Shown: in pieces, positions 26,334 through 35,603 of the stretch | How the letters are laid out: the number at the start of each line of letters is the position of its first letter | Position numbering within the stretch: position 1 is the stretch's first letter | Source: a virus | Length of the DNA: 64,000 nt | Reading direction: 5' to 3' (one strand) | Virus record (IMG/VR): IMGVR_UViG_3300045988_144682 | Translations under genes and position numbers: made by a program | The notes under the pieces: model-generated | The model's database searches: none | The model's input: only the letters and a program-made list of their open reading frames with translations | What the model was told of the DNA's origin: nothing

Positions 26334-27700
26334 GGATTGTACCAAAGTTATACGAAGATGAGCTTTTTTATTCATGGCTGTGCCGGTATTATGTGGCAAA
26401 AGGTTTTACGTCCAATTCTCATTTTATAGAGGAAGTAACCGGGAACAACAGATTGTATTTGAATAAAGAGTTTGTGCCACCATTCAAAGCAGAGTTTCGC
26501 CATGACATTGAAAAAATATTTGGTTTTGAGAATGTTATAAGAAATCATACTCTATACGGACAAGAAGCACGTTTCTATACTGAGGAAGAAATAAATAATG
26601 TGTGGGAGCTTTTTCAGACAGATTCCTTTGATATTAGAACATTATTTAGAATGCAGAAATCAAAAGAGGGGCATTCTCTTAGTTATTGCCCTTTGTGTGT
26701 TAAAGAAGAACGGGAATCTATCGGTGAATGCTACTGGCATAAATCCCACCAAATACAAGGTATAGATATCTGTTTGAAACACAGGTGTAAGCTAAAAGAA
26801 TCCGAAATAAGAGTTGGTTCAAAACATAATGATATGATATCTCCGGCAGAATGGTGGTGTAATGATTCGGAAATAGAAATGGTAGAAAACACGCATTGCT
26901 TGAAATATTATAATTATGTGTGGGAAATTGCCAATGCCCCTTGTAACGGGATGGATGCAAAAAAGATTATAGCTCTGTTATACAAGAAGCTGAAAGAAAA
27001 AGGCTACCGGACACTAGGACAACGGCTTTTAGGGATTATGTCAGAAGATATGGAGCAGTATTATGAGGAAATGGGCGTATCTTATGAAATGTGTTATTCA
27101 ACATTACAGACAATATTTGCAAAGTATAATTATCCGTTTATTGCCATTATCCAAACAGCGTACTTTTTAGGTGTGACAGCAGAAGAGTTACTGAATCCAG
27201 TTGTTAGTGATTTTGATATTGCAGATGAGGAATGTAGCCACTATGTCAGTGACCGTAATAATACAAATATCAATCGTGATCTGATGGATCGAAATTATCT
27301 GAAATCTGTTAAAAGAGAATGTGAGTTGATATATAGTGGTCATTATCATGCAAAAGGAAGACCGATGAAAGTGTCTGCACTTAAAGTATGCAAGAGAGTT
27401 GGAATTACACATACTTTGATTAAGTTTATGCCACTTTGCAAGGCTTGTATTGATGAATATGCAGAAACGGATGACGAATATCATGCGAGGATTATTGTGT
27501 GGGCTTATAGAAAATTGAAAGCGGAAAAAACGGACGGTGAAATAATTCGTGTGTCAGAAATTCATAAACTTACAAGTGAATGGAAGGAAAATATCATAAG
27601 AGCATTGCCATATATGGCGAAATTTGCGGATCAAGAAATGATAAATGAGATAGATGCATTAGCGAGAGAGAAGCATTGGCATAGAAATTTAGTGGACTAA
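26327..27700 (+). CDS. tniQ: TniQ/TnsD-family target selector
   Basis: N-terminal LYEDELFYSWLCRY; zinc module CPLC...HKSH...CLKHRC. Confidence 0.75.
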   Translation: MLGIVPKLYEDELFYSWLCRYYVAKGFTSNSHFIEEVTGNNRLYLNKEFVPPFKAEFRHDIEKIFGFENVIRNHTLYGQEARFYTEEEINNVWELFQTDSFDIRTLFRMQKSKEGHSLSYCPLCVKEERESIGECYWHKSHQIQGIDICLKHRCKLKESEIRVGSKHNDMISPAEWWCNDSEIEMVENTHCLKYYNYVWEIANAPCNGMDAKKIIALLYKKLKEKGYRTLGQRLLGIMSEDMEQYYEEMGVSYEMCYSTLQTIFAKYNYPFIAIIQTAYFLGVTAEELLNPVVSDFDIADEECSHYVSDRNNTNINRDLMDRNYLKSVKRECELIYSGHYHAKGRPMKVSALKVCKRVGITHTLIKFMPLCKACIDEYAETDDEYHARIIVWAYRKLKAEKTDGEIIRVSEIHKLTSEWKENIIRALPYMAKFADQEMINEIDALAREKHWHRNLVD

Positions 27701-27713
27701 AGCGTAAAAAAAT

Positions 27714-27737
27714 AGGCTGTAGAATAATCTACAGCCT
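27714..27737. terminator. Bidirectional terminator at the convergence of the two arms
   Basis: 9-bp stem AGGCTGTAG/CTACAGCCT. An A-run precedes it (T-run for the minus strand) and a weak T-rich stretch follows. Confidence 0.65.
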
Positions 27738-27765
27738 TAAAATTTATTCACAACTTTCTCTTTTA

Positions 27766-27858
27766 TTATTCCGACCAAATAGAAAAAAGTGATGGCAAAA
27801 TAATCACCAATGCAATAACCGCAACAGCTATCACATATTTCTTCTTGAACTTTTTCAT
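27766..27858 (-). CDS. 30-aa membrane peptide
   Basis: GGAG RBS; MKKFKKKYVIAVAVIALVIILPSLFSIWSE, a single TM segment. Confidence 0.4.
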   Translation of the reverse strand: MKKFKKKYVIAVAVIALVIILPSLFSIWSE

Positions 27859-27868
27859 TTACTTTCTC

Positions 27869-28324
27869 CTACTTTTCTTTGAATTGTATGATTGTACGTC
27901 CGAACAGTTTATAGTATGGTGCTGGTTCTTCATCAAAGACATAGTAGTTTATTGAATCAGCAACGATTATTGCCAAAAAAGAAAGAACTATCCATAGCAG
28001 CATAAACGGCACACAGATAATTCCTTTATAATTGAGTGGCAAATTTGAATAGTCCCACATTACAGGCAACAAATCAGTATTCAAGAAAATGTTCCCTATA
28101 ATCAATTCAAGTGCCGTAATCATTGACATGCCTATCATGCACTGTAATAGAATATCAATATCCCATGATATATGATCGTTGATTTTATCCAACACAACAA
28201 CTACTAAACCGGCACAAACACCCATGAGAGGATATGAATATCCTCTAAACAATACTTCTATAGTGATATACAGGCAGAAGCCAACAATAAATAAAATTAC
28301 ATTTTTATATACTTTTTTACTCAT
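27869..28324 (-). CDS. Multi-pass membrane protein (lysis-cassette associated)
   Basis: About 4 predicted hydrophobic helices; AAGGAG RBS. Confidence 0.65.
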   Translation of the reverse strand: MSKKVYKNVILFIVGFCLYITIEVLFRGYSYPLMGVCAGLVVVVLDKINDHISWDIDILLQCMIGMSMITALELIIGNIFLNTDLLPVMWDYSNLPLNYKGIICVPFMLLWIVLSFLAIIVADSINYYVFDEEPAPYYKLFGRTIIQFKEK

Positions 28325-28343
28325 TTATACTTCTCCTTATTAA

Positions 28344-28381
28344 GATAAAAAAATAGAGCGGATGTCAAATTTCCGCTCTAT
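28344..28381 (-). terminator. Rho-independent terminator
   Basis: 10-bp stem ATAGAGCGGA/TCCGCTCTAT followed by a T-run on the minus strand. Confidence 0.7.
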
Positions 28382-28396
28382 TAAACAGATATGCAA

Positions 28397-29020
28397 TTAA
28401 ATATTATATCCACGCACATCTTCAACAAATGAGTGATTTTTCATATGGGTTTCATAAGCATCCATAATGATATGATATGCAATATCAATCTCACCATTTG
28501 TAAGATTATTGTCTTTGATAATATCCTCATACTCTTTGTACAGCTTGAATACACGGGTAAATTCCTCTCTCGTAACAGAACTGTTTTCGTCAACAACTTT
28601 CGATGCAAAAGCAATAACAGTATTTCGCTTATTCTCTATGAGTAGAGACAGAGTATCGGCATTATTTTTATCTAGTTTCTTATCAAATTCCTTAATCCAT
28701 TTATCATTTTCTTTCAGACTCTCATTTACACTTTTAATCCAATTATCTCTCATACGAATATTATCCGTATCGTAATGAGATTTGAATTCATTGAGTGACT
28801 GCTGAACTTCCCTTAATGTTTCAGGAACTTGACGTAGGATTTCCCTTTCTTGCTTTTTGCGAGAAAAGTATTTACGAATTTTCACAAACTCAGGAACAAC
28901 CTTTCCTTGCACTTCCATCAATTCACCGACAACTTGCGTTATCAAGAACAATGCAACAATGGAGAGTGCAACCTTTGTTGGAACATTCAAATATTCTATA
29001 TATTCAATCAATTTCTTCAC
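28397..29020 (-). CDS. Membrane-anchored coiled-coil protein
   Basis: N-terminal TM segment VALSIVALFLITQVVG, then a charged helical region. Start codon uncertain. Confidence 0.6.
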   Translation of the reverse strand: MKKLIEYIEYLNVPTKVALSIVALFLITQVVGELMEVQGKVVPEFVKIRKYFSRKKQEREILRQVPETLREVQQSLNEFKSHYDTDNIRMRDNWIKSVNESLKENDKWIKEFDKKLDKNNADTLSLLIENKRNTVIAFASKVVDENSSVTREEFTRVFKLYKEYEDIIKDNNLTNGEIDIAYHIIMDAYETHMKNHSFVEDVRGYNI

Positions 29021-29065
29021 TCCATACTAGATGGTGGCAGAAAACCCACCACCATCATAGCTTTC

Positions 29066-30712
29066 TTATTGTTTTTTCAAATACTGGCTTGAAACATATC
29101 CAGTGTATGTCTTGTAGGCAACATAGTACCATTTCACACCACCAGATACATTGTAATAGCCATAGCACTTCACTGTACCACCACTAGGAATAGCAAGGAT
29201 TTTACCTTTTGAAGTTCCTGCACCAAGTCTCAGATTCAGACCATCACTTGAAGTTACTTTGTAAGTTCCGGCGATTGCTTTATTGAAGTTCTGTGCCCCC
29301 TCAACCTTTGAGCTTGATGTAGCTGGTGAACTAGCGGAAGCAGAAGTGCTTCTTACATATGAACTATGTACGAAACCATATTTTCCGTTATACTTAATAT
29401 AATACCAAGTAGATCCGTCTTTCGCTTTTACAGAATCACACACATCAACAGAAACATTCGCTTTAAGCGGACTAAATGAACATGTAGCATTTTCTGTACC
29501 AGCCCATTTTCTTACATTCAGTTCTGTGATAGTAGTACCTTTCCATTTAACTGTACTATTCAATTTTGTTGAAGTAGAAGTTGTAGGTTTGGAAGGGGTG
29601 GAAGGTGTAGACGGAGTAGAAGATGTTGCTTTTGAAGAATATTTCGGTGCGATAAAGCCACGAATATATCTCTGATTAACAACAAGGTTTCTTTTCTTTA
29701 CTGTGTTAGAATAATTTCCTTCAATTACTACAAATGAATTGCCGGAAACACTGTACACAATACCAACATGATCGGCAGAACCCATATTGTCACCAACACC
29801 ATTATCATGCCAGTCGTAGAGAATAACATCTCCGACCTTTGGAATATAGGCATCATTCTCAATCCAGATTCCGGCGTTTTTCGCTTTTGTAATCATGTTG
29901 TTACATGAGCATTCAACACATGGGAAAATACTTGTCAAACCACATGCGATAAATGCAGCAGAAACAGCAGTAGCACACCAAGCATCGTTTACTGTCATGG
30001 TATATCGTGTGCAAAGTCTACTGTTATTGAAGATAGAAAGAATTTCTCTATGTTTAGCAGAGCCTTCAGCACAACCAAGATAGCTGTCAAGCCAAGTAGC
30101 AACTTTACGTCTTAATTCGCTTTCAGTCATAGTGTTACCTCCTAATGATGATACGCCATTTATTTTGGCGTATTTATTGTAATAATTTTGTCCGTAACTA
30201 GCACGTTTCTCCTGAACAGAAGTACCCATGTTTGCTGGTACTTCAAATTTCTTCAATACAATGTCAGATGCTTCACGGACAGATTTTGCATTTTTCAAAA
30301 CGGACATTACAGATTTATAAGAACCATTCAACTCTGTTAATAAAAATTCCAAACAGTTTTCTTCGTCTGCAATGGAAACGCCTTTAGCTTTTGCGGAATC
30401 ATATAATCCGGCTTTTCTATTGGTACTTGTCCATTGAGCAATTGAATAGCCGTATACTTTGCCTGGAAGTGGATTTAAGAATTCAGCTCTGCTAATCTTT
30501 CCACTGTCAACATCAGCAGTATAAGTGGCATCCGTATAGGTTTTTCCGTTCTCTTTTAATCGCTTCAAACAAAGCATTTCTACACGATTAAAAATGAGTC
30601 CAGATTCAGCGTAGAGATTACCCATTAAACCAGCCACGCCAAATTTGTTCCCGATTTTTTCATAAAGATAATTCCATATTCTTTCCTCTACAGAATTTCC
30701 ATGTAAACTCAT
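29066..30712 (-). CDS. Multidomain endolysin (lysozyme-like N-terminus, CHAP/NlpC-P60, two SH3b-like repeats)
   Basis: GLMGNLYAESG; NDAWCATAV...ADHVGIV (Cys/His); S/T/P linker; LNVRKWAG and LNLRLGAG SH3b-type repeats. Confidence 0.85.
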   Translation of the reverse strand: MSLHGNSVEERIWNYLYEKIGNKFGVAGLMGNLYAESGLIFNRVEMLCLKRLKENGKTYTDATYTADVDSGKISRAEFLNPLPGKVYGYSIAQWTSTNRKAGLYDSAKAKGVSIADEENCLEFLLTELNGSYKSVMSVLKNAKSVREASDIVLKKFEVPANMGTSVQEKRASYGQNYYNKYAKINGVSSLGGNTMTESELRRKVATWLDSYLGCAEGSAKHREILSIFNNSRLCTRYTMTVNDAWCATAVSAAFIACGLTSIFPCVECSCNNMITKAKNAGIWIENDAYIPKVGDVILYDWHDNGVGDNMGSADHVGIVYSVSGNSFVVIEGNYSNTVKKRNLVVNQRYIRGFIAPKYSSKATSSTPSTPSTPSKPTTSTSTKLNSTVKWKGTTITELNVRKWAGTENATCSFSPLKANVSVDVCDSVKAKDGSTWYYIKYNGKYGFVHSSYVRSTSASASSPATSSSKVEGAQNFNKAIAGTYKVTSSDGLNLRLGAGTSKGKILAIPSGGTVKCYGYYNVSGGVKWYYVAYKTYTGYVSSQYLKKQ

Positions 30713-30726
30713 AATTTACTCCTTAT

Positions 30727-30755
30727 AAAAAAGAGAGTGGTTATCAGCCACCCTC
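30727..30755 (-). terminator. Rho-independent terminator upstream of endolysin
   Basis: GAGGGTGG/CCACTCTC stem (one G-U pair) plus T6 on the minus strand. Confidence 0.6.
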
Positions 30756-30767
30756 AATCAACAGTTC

Positions 30768-31157
30768 TTATTCAGTTTTAGAATCTTCTGTGTTTGTCGC
30801 AACGATTTCTCTCAATGTTTTAAGAGATTCTTTGATTTGATTATCAATCCATTCTGTCAAAGCAGTTTGATCCTTAACCTTTGAAAGAATAGGATATTTT
30901 CTATAAATCTCTTCGATAACCTGTGAACGTTTAATAGAACCAGCAGCATTCCAATCTTCCCATTCACATTCTGCATCAGAAATCATTTTCAAGATTGTTT
31001 CCTGAATCTGAGATTTTGCGATTTTTATTTTTTCGTCATCTGACTTAGAGAAAAAATCAACAGTTTTTCTCACAATTCCGGCAACACAACCAAGACAAAC
31101 AAGAATTGTAATCCAGTTGTCATTTAACAACTGCAAAAAGTTCTGTACTCCCTGCAT
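30768..31157 (-). CDS. Membrane-anchored hypothetical protein
   Basis: N-terminal TM segment WITILVCLGCVAGIV; AGGAGG RBS. Confidence 0.6.
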   Translation of the reverse strand: MQGVQNFLQLLNDNWITILVCLGCVAGIVRKTVDFFSKSDDEKIKIAKSQIQETILKMISDAECEWEDWNAAGSIKRSQVIEEIYRKYPILSKVKDQTALTEWIDNQIKESLKTLREIVATNTEDSKTE

Positions 31158-31168
31158 AACACTTCCTC

Positions 31169-31573
31169 CTAACCTTGTGCAGAACTATCAGATGCACCAG
31201 CGCCATTATTTACGTCTGATAATCCATGCTCCAACATCGCCATGTCGTATGTAATGCCACCTTTGGTATTCTGAGCTGTGGCTTTTTTTGCATATATATA
31301 ATAGGTAATTACTTGACCAGCAATATCAGTAATTAAAACACCCAGGCAAGATAAATCTGCAAAATTCCACATGCTTATCATAGAATACACAAGGATTACA
31401 TTTAATATAATGAACAGATAAATTGCGATTAACTTATCTGTTGTTGGTTTTTTTATATTGATAGACACTTTTTTCTTTTCATCTTTTAATTTGTTATATC
31501 TATCAATTGATTCATTCCTACGTTGAATCACTCTCATTTTTGAGTTAAATTCTCGTTCACTTATATATTTCAT
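31169..31573 (-). CDS. Putative holin
   Basis: Two TM segments, charged termini, and position next to the endolysin cassette. Confidence 0.5.
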   Translation of the reverse strand: MKYISEREFNSKMRVIQRRNESIDRYNKLKDEKKKVSINIKKPTTDKLIAIYLFIILNVILVYSMISMWNFADLSCLGVLITDIAGQVITYYIYAKKATAQNTKGGITYDMAMLEHGLSDVNNGAGASDSSAQG

Positions 31574-31599
31574 AACGAACACCTTGTTACTCGTTTATT

Positions 31600-32145
31600 T
31601 TAGCTTGTTTGTGCATATAATGCTTTTAATACTTCAGATTGATATTCCTCTGGTATGACCATGCCATATTCAACATTACATACGCTATTTAGATCAGTCA
31701 TACTTTGAATATAATCCCTTAAAGAATTAAAATAAGTTACTTGAAATTCTATGCAATTCTCCATTTTAGTATTGATTGTCACAATATCGTCCTTTGAATA
31801 AAATTTACAAGGTTCACCATCTGCATGATAAGGAAGAACAGTAACACCAGCATTTGCCCTATCATTAAGTTTAGAAATCTTTAATTGATCGGAAACTTCT
31901 AAACTAAAATGGTGCTTTTGATTATCAGATAGTGTTATGTCAAATCCTTGCACAATTATTTCATTACAAACAATACTCATTTCAGCAATTTTTGCTTCTT
32001 TTACAGCATCAATGTTTTCATCTGTTATTATTCCAAGTTTAATAAGTTCATTGACAACAGAACTTTTTATTTTATCAGGAACATCATCTAAATTTTTTTC
32101 TCCATTTTTAACAAGGTTAGTCCAAAAATTTGTTAATTGAATCAT
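31600..32145 (-). CDS. Tail-fibre-associated protein (DUF4376-like)
   Basis: IVQGFDITLSDNQKHHFSLEVSDQLKI pattern; position after the fibre/DGR genes. Confidence 0.5.
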   Translation of the reverse strand: MIQLTNFWTNLVKNGEKNLDDVPDKIKSSVVNELIKLGIITDENIDAVKEAKIAEMSIVCNEIIVQGFDITLSDNQKHHFSLEVSDQLKISKLNDRANAGVTVLPYHADGEPCKFYSKDDIVTINTKMENCIEFQVTYFNSLRDYIQSMTDLNSVCNVEYGMVIPEEYQSEVLKALYAQTS

Positions 32146-32155
32146 ATAATCCCTC

Positions 32156-32428
32156 CTATAATAAAGAACTCATTTCGATAATGCAGCGTTTCATTTTTTC
32201 CATTTCTGTCATTTCCCGAATGATAAATCTTGTATGACCGTCTTCTTGCCAAATATTTGTACATATCATATCGGCATAGTCAACGCCACCTATATTAACT
32301 GTTGTTAAATTGTTATCAGACAAAAGTTCCATATTAACCACATCGTCTGTTATATAATTGTTTCCATTCATTGTGGCGTGAATCTCTGTTTTGTCTGCGA
32401 GGATAATATTGTAAATAGTATTTTCCAT
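32156..32428 (-). CDS. Hypothetical protein
   Basis: GGAGG RBS; the start lies inside the last 95 nt of the RT ORF. Confidence 0.5.
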   Translation of the reverse strand: MENTIYNIILADKTEIHATMNGNNYITDDVVNMELLSDNNLTTVNIGGVDYADMICTNIWQEDGHTRFIIREMTEMEKMKRCIIEMSSLL

Positions 32429-33602
32429 CTATAAAACCTCCAAATAAATCAAAATAAAGAAGATTCAAATTATCTCGTTGTATTTTACTCATTAAATGAG
32501 CATGACCGCCCATCCATGCACGAAACATATTCTCAACTTCTTCTTGTGTACGTTCTCCACGTATAACTTTTAGACTAAGTTTCTTTAATTTTCGCCTCAT
32601 ATCAACAATTCTTCTTGGATTTATTTTTCTAATAACCCTACCAGTATCGGTAAGAGAATAGGTGATTTGCAGAAATTTATAGTAATCTGATAATTTTACG
32701 ATTCTTGTCTTTTTGCGATTGAGAGTCATACCTAATTCTTTTGCTTTTTCTGCAATTTCTATTTCAAGCTGTACTAAAAATTCTCTGTCACGGTGGATAA
32801 CATAACTGTCATCCATATACCTTCCATAAAATTTCTGACTTTTTACAATTTTTACAAAATTATCTACAGGTGTTGGATAAAAGATACCTATAATTTGAGA
32901 ACATTGATCCCCAATATTTACAGATTTGCGCATATACTTTTCGCCAGTATGAGCAGATTTAGGAATTTTCAATCTATATTCAGTTGAATTAAATGGAACA
33001 TTCATACAATTTGAAAATTCTTCATCATTCATATACGAAACATCAATTTTAAAATTATCAAAAATCTGTTGTAACAACCAAAGAGAAAATTCATCATTCA
33101 CATGCTTGGCAATTTCTCGATAAGCTATATCATGTGGAATATTATCGTAAAACTTACTATAATCCATCAATAAAATATATCCGTCATTACCATACATTCG
33201 ATAATATTTATGTAAATGTTCTTCAAAGCGTTTTCGACTAAAATCAATGCCTTTGCCCTTAAGAGAAGCACCATTATCATAGATAAGATAATCTATGAGA
33301 GATGGAGATAAAACGTTATCACAAAGAGAATGACGAATTACTCTGTCAGACATTTGTAGTCCTGTAATTGGTCGAACTTTACCACGTTCATTGATAATAA
33401 ATTCAGAAGATGGTTTTGAATGATATTCTCTATTCTTTAACAAATCCTTGGTTGATACAATATTAGGCAAAAAGTCAATTCCATACTTTTGTACTTGTGG
33501 TTTCCAATCAGAATCTTTCTTGGCTGCGAGAAATGCAGAATATAATGAGTTCAAATCATATACAATATTATCTACATTGTCTTGAGCATTTTCTTTATTC
33601 AT
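32334..33602 (-). CDS. DGR reverse transcriptase
   Basis: LLMDYSKFYDNI, DGR-type IGDQCSQ motif and catalytic YMDD; lies immediately 3' of the template repeat. Confidence 0.9.
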   Translation of the reverse strand: MNKENAQDNVDNIVYDLNSLYSAFLAAKKDSDWKPQVQKYGIDFLPNIVSTKDLLKNREYHSKPSSEFIINERGKVRPITGLQMSDRVIRHSLCDNVLSPSLIDYLIYDNGASLKGKGIDFSRKRFEEHLHKYYRMYGNDGYILLMDYSKFYDNIPHDIAYREIAKHVNDEFSLWLLQQIFDNFKIDVSYMNDEEFSNCMNVPFNSTEYRLKIPKSAHTGEKYMRKSVNIGDQCSQIIGIFYPTPVDNFVKIVKSQKFYGRYMDDSYVIHRDREFLVQLEIEIAEKAKELGMTLNRKKTRIVKLSDYYKFLQITYSLTDTGRVIRKINPRRIVDMRRKLKKLSLKVIRGERTQEEVENMFRAWMGGHAHLMSKIQRDNLNLLYFDLFGGFIDGKYYLQYYPRRQNRDSRHNEWKQLYNRRCG

Positions 33603-33778
33603 TTCATAATCTTTTCTTTCATAATCATATTTATTTATATTTGACGTATATAGCAATCAGTCGTAACGAATTGCATCGTCTTTATCTTTTTGCGTATTAT
33701 ATAACACACGCAAGGACAACTTCTCCTTTCTTCGTTTCCTGTATCTGCATATAGCATAGTTAAACAGGCAGAAGAAAT

Positions 33779-33891
33779 CGGGCGAACACCATTAGAATTA
33801 GAGGCGTTGTTGTTGTTCGCATTACCGTTGTTGTTCACATTAGCGAAGTTAGTCGCACTCCTCACACCACGAAGCCAATAGTTGAAGCGAC
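33779..33891 (-). repeat. DGR template repeat (TR)
   Basis: 113 nt, 99/113 identical to 34671-34783. Asn(AAC)-rich when translated. The ORF-track entry 33635..33865 is just its translation. Confidence 0.9.
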
Positions 33892-33935
33892 AAAACAGTA
33901 CATAAACATGTAGAAGTAGCCCTAATAAAACAGAA

Positions 33936-34565
33936 TTATGAGGTTGATAAATCAGGTGTTATGATAGTCACCCATAATTCTTTTAACAAATTATAAGATT
34001 TACGCAACTTACTTTCAGTAAGCTGCCCAGTTAATTCTTTCTCAAGAATCTTCTTACGAACCTTATTATCAGATTTACGCCATCCTTTAATAAGTTGTTG
34101 TTCATGAACAATCATTTTTGTGATTGTCTCATATTTTTCTATATTTACATGAAGAGTAGTAATAACATACTGCAATTCCTGGATCAAATTTTCACAATAT
34201 CCAATTGCTAAATCTTGGTGAAGTCTACGTTCATCGCATTCACAAAGATGTTGCGGATATATTTCATTTGCAAGAAATATTTCATGAATCATATTTCTGC
34301 ACAAATTTAATATTGATTTTTGTTCATCTGGTATGAACCATTCAATGAACGCTTCATAGCGTTCCTTATTCTTTGCTACAGATTTATCATAACCATCCTT
34401 TTGTTGTTGACTCCATTTACTGTATGTTTCTGGTTTAGGCTTTTCAACGTATTCTTTTAATCCAAATTTACGAAGTGCTAAATCAGTTATTACAGTTCTA
34501 ATTTTATATGCATAATGTTCAACTTCAAAAGGAGAGGGCTTTTGATTAGCTTTTAGTACAGACAT
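33936..34565 (-). CDS. avd: Accessory variability determinant (Avd)-like helical protein
   Basis: Position between target gene and TR; basic, helical, 209 aa (longer than BPP-1 Avd). Confidence 0.55.
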   Translation of the reverse strand: MSVLKANQKPSPFEVEHYAYKIRTVITDLALRKFGLKEYVEKPKPETYSKWSQQQKDGYDKSVAKNKERYEAFIEWFIPDEQKSILNLCRNMIHEIFLANEIYPQHLCECDERRLHQDLAIGYCENLIQELQYVITTLHVNIEKYETITKMIVHEQQLIKGWRKSDNKVRKKILEKELTGQLTESKLRKSYNLLKELWVTIITPDLSTS

Positions 34566-34595
34566 TTTAATCTCCTTCGATTTGTAGCTGTAACA

Positions 34596-34617
34596 CCACC
34601 CACCTAAAGGTGGATGG
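34596..34617 (-). promoter_or_regulatory. Hairpin downstream of VR (DGR target-recognition-type stem-loop)
   Basis: 9-bp GC-rich stem (one G-T pair) with a 4-nt loop, 36 nt after the target-gene stop. Confidence 0.45.
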
Positions 34618-34652
34618 GATTACAGATATTGTTTTATATTTCCGTCAACATC

Positions 34653-35585
34653 TTAATTAACGAAGAAGAGCGGGCGAACACCAAAAGAATGAGAGGCGTA
34701 GCTGTCGTCCGCATCACCGTCGCTGTTCACATCAGCGAAGGCAGTCGCACTCCCCACACCACGAAGCCAATAGTTGAAGCGACGGTGAATGTATTCTGGT
34801 GCTAATGCAAACAATGGAAGCTGAGAGTTGATACATCCAACTTCATAGCCACTATCAGCCCATACTTTAGTTCCATATACCATTACTTCTGACATCAGTT
34901 CAACTTTGCAGTCATACCACGCCCAACCCGAAGATTGTCCGTCAGCAGTAGCATTCGGTAAAATATCTCTGTATGATATAACATGAGAAGATCCAAAATC
35001 ATTTACAATTTTCTGAGTAGCTTGTGCAAGGTTAGATGTTCTCATATCTGAGTTTGCATATGCACCAGTTGTATTATTTGCTGTGCTTCCAGATTCATAC
35101 TGTCCGCTATCTGTATTATGCATTTGTGCGTTATATAAAGCAGAATCAGGAACAAGGCACATATTATTACCAATTGACACATTATCACCACAGTTTTTAA
35201 TAATGTTAAAACCAGCAATTCGGTAAACAGTACCATTGATCGTCAGATAATCTCCAACATATAAATCATCAAAAGTTCCATCTTGAATAGCTTTTGACAT
35301 AGCTGAAGTATAAGAAGTCCCAAGATTCTTGCCTCTAAAAATAGAGTTGTGACCAGCAGCACTGTTTCTTACAGAACTTTTATAAAGTTCATTGACAGCC
35401 GTTGGTAACGTTTTTGTACCTTGATCGAGTCCATAAGTTTTTGAAGATAATTTGTTTAAAATTGTTGTTGCGAGATTCGCCAAAGTGATACCTTTAGTTC
35501 CGTTTGCGCCATCGACAGCAATGACATCAGAATCGGAAGGAGTGGTAACACTAGAAAGATCTTTTATTCGAGTCGTATTTGCCAT
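34653..35585 (-). CDS. DGR target: tail-fibre/receptor-binding protein with C-terminal variable region
   Basis: C-terminus YWLRGVGSATAFADVNSDGDADDSYASHSFGVRP carries the VR; the N-terminus is fibre-like. Confidence 0.85.
   Translation of the reverse strand: MANTTRIKDLSSVTTPSDSDVIAVDGANGTKGITLANLATTILNKLSSKTYGLDQGTKTLPTAVNELYKSSVRNSAAGHNSIFRGKNLGTSYTSAMSKAIQDGTFDDLYVGDYLTINGTVYRIAGFNIIKNCGDNVSIGNNMCLVPDSALYNAQMHNTDSGQYESGSTANNTTGAYANSDMRTSNLAQATQKIVNDFGSSHVISYRDILPNATADGQSSGWAWYDCKVELMSEVMVYGTKVWADSGYEVGCINSQLPLFALAPEYIHRRFNYWLRGVGSATAFADVNSDGDADDSYASHSFGVRPLFFVN
34671..34783 (-). repeat. DGR variable repeat (VR)
   Basis: The 3' end of the target ORF. All 14 differences from the TR fall at TR adenines (T on the + strand). 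Confidence 0.9.
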
Positions 35586-35603
35586 AGTATATTTCCTCCA
35601 TTT

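Larger units (their letters stand above)
22602..27737 (+). mobile_element. Tn7-like transposition module (tnsA-like, tnsB, tnsC, tniQ); element boundaries not resolved
   Basis: Four overlapping co-oriented genes with family motifs, a repeat-rich 340-bp leader and a terminator after tniQ. Confidence 0.5.

Noticed and set aside
27739-27800. Possible second (left) end of the Tn7-like element: loose similarity of the reverse complement (TTTTGCCATCACTTTTTTCTATTTGGTCGG) to TTTTGGCAATTACTTCTGATTTTGGG at 22894-22919
   Set aside because: The alignment needs gaps, lies inside a small late-operon ORF, lacks the GGGAA motif copies, and is within chance expectation for AT-rich DNA.
33635-33865. ORF-track protein MRSATNFANVNNNGNANNNNASNSNGVRP...
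   Set aside because: It is the translation of the DGR template repeat (a copy of the target-gene 3' end with AAC codons). It has no RBS and is non-coding RNA template, not a gene.
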